From NCBI GenBank assembly GCA_965644295.1, contig CBFFRP010000044.1:6120-70119 (forward strand): DNA of 64,000 nt, in the 5' to 3' direction. Positions 62,686-64,000 of the stretch are shown piece after piece. Below the pieces are notes generated by a model. The model made no database searches and was not told where the DNA came from. It was given only the letters and a program-made list of their open reading frames with translations. Origin of the DNA: Paraphysomonas bandaiensis. Taxonomy: Eukaryota > Protista > Chrysophyceae. Within the stretch, counting starts at the first letter, position 1. Each line of letters opens with the position of its first letter. The translations under genes were made by a program, and so were the position numbers.

Positions 62686-63379
62686 CTTATTGATTTTTCT
62701 TATGCGTTTACATGTGTAATAATGTCGCTATTGTTTAGTGTTGGTAGTACGAGAGTCAGGTAGTAGCAATTTCTGTTGTGTACATTGATCACCTGATATA
62801 TATTGTACGTTTATAACCTCTGTCCATAACGTTATAAAGTACTCACTGTTATTTTGATTCCGCCATGAACTCGAAAAAAATATTTTTAATCGAAAGCATC
62901 ATTTGGTATTAGATTACAGATACTCGATGTCGCAGAGTCTGTTTTGCTTTCTGATCATTCTTAGCTTTTTCTACAAAATGACATTTTGGCATTTCAAGTA
63001 ATAGAACTGCGTAGAAATCTACCCGTGTATGAGCAGATCAAGAAGACGAAATTGACCTTAATTCAAAAAATGGAGAGATTGGATTCCACTTACAACTAAA
63101 TGATTAAATATATAAAATGTAGTTATGAATGGAAAATGAGCAAAGTAATCGATTAGGGTTAGGGTCTCTGATAGTAATATTGCTCAAACACATGTAATGC
63201 CATTATAATTGCCGGGAACTGGCCACCCATTAATGCTATTTACAGGTACTTGATATATGCTTATGCATAGAATTAAGTGTTTTAAAGATATAGTATCATC
63301 TCCTCTATACTCCGAAGAAACTCCAAACACTGTTAAGCAATGTTCATGCAATTCTACAGCTACTTCATCGGTGGGACTA

Positions 63380-63530
63380 ATTAGGTACCTATAGTTTTCG
63401 CTCTACCTACCTATAGGCATCTCAAGCCCCACCTATAGGTATCGAAGGCTTAGGTACTGTCTATAGGTAGTGCTTCTCGCTGCCTTTAGGTATAAGACGA
63501 AAGACCTGTAGGTACCTGAGTTCTGAACCT
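63380..63530. repeat. Cluster of short palindromic CCTATAGG/TAGGTACCT motifs (possible transposon subterminal repeats)
   Basis: About 7 variants within 150 bp. Confidence 0.5.
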
Positions 63531-64000
63531 ATAGAGATGCTGTTCCAAGTTTCACATAGGCAACGCAGCGGTGAAGAGTATAATATATCTATCTTTATTA
63601 GATTATTTCTTTGTATACGGTATTACTAAACAAGTATAGCAGTGCATTCTATGCTAATCAAAATAATAAGCGCGCAACATTAATTATGTGTCATTGTCAG
63701 ACGAGTCACCGGTGCTGTAACAAATACTCAGATTGCTATCAAATTCTGATGGGTGGTCACTGCTGCCATTCTCACTGTATATGTTTTGACTGTCGTGGTC
63801 ATGCACAGTACGTTCAAGTGCAATTGCACCGGAGAAATTTTGTTTGATATACTGTTGCATCCCCTCCATAAGATGATAATAATAAAATCCAAATTATACT
63901 ACCCACAACAATCAACAAACTTCCTTGGAATAAAACAAAAACGATCTGAAAGTGAGGCCTTCCCATGATGACATGGCACAAAGAAACTGGTACTACAAAA

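Noticed and set aside
63152-63165. Telomeric TTAGGG repeats
   Set aside because: Only two units, which is compatible with chance.
63684-64000. Possible 3' end of a minus-strand gene at the window edge
   Set aside because: Short, without a recognisable motif, and not supportable without the adjacent sequence.

Overview
Intron-containing eukaryotic genomic DNA, most likely a stramenopile (ochrophyte/chrysophyte-like). This rests on a degenerate 18S rRNA fragment and on gene architectures such as PEX14 with a PUB domain. About 20 protein genes are present: EF-hand protein, TMEM184/OSTalpha, ADAT1, PEX14, pterin-carbinolamine dehydratase, Kir channel, OGFOD2-like oxygenase, a small SNARE, a TRAF-like protein, TFIIH p52, a MAPK-phosphatase-like DUSP, a potato-inhibitor-I protease inhibitor, a C2/EF-hand protein, a full-size ABCG transporter and several hypotheticals. 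There is also one tRNA-Gly(CCC). Most genes sit in head-to-head pairs around purine/pyrimidine-alternating islands carrying a recurrent TACAGCAGTA motif, and nearly every CDS begins with several hundred very AT-rich bases before switching to balanced GC. Transposon debris (hAT elements with 8-bp TSDs, Ty1/copia remnants, a ~1-kb dispersed repeat, a 2-kb nested inverted repeat) lies mostly outside these promoter islands. The most striking pattern is a ~150-bp TIR element in six copies, found only just upstream of the genes that lack an intact divergent partner. Exon boundaries were read by eye and are approximate; no database searches were run.
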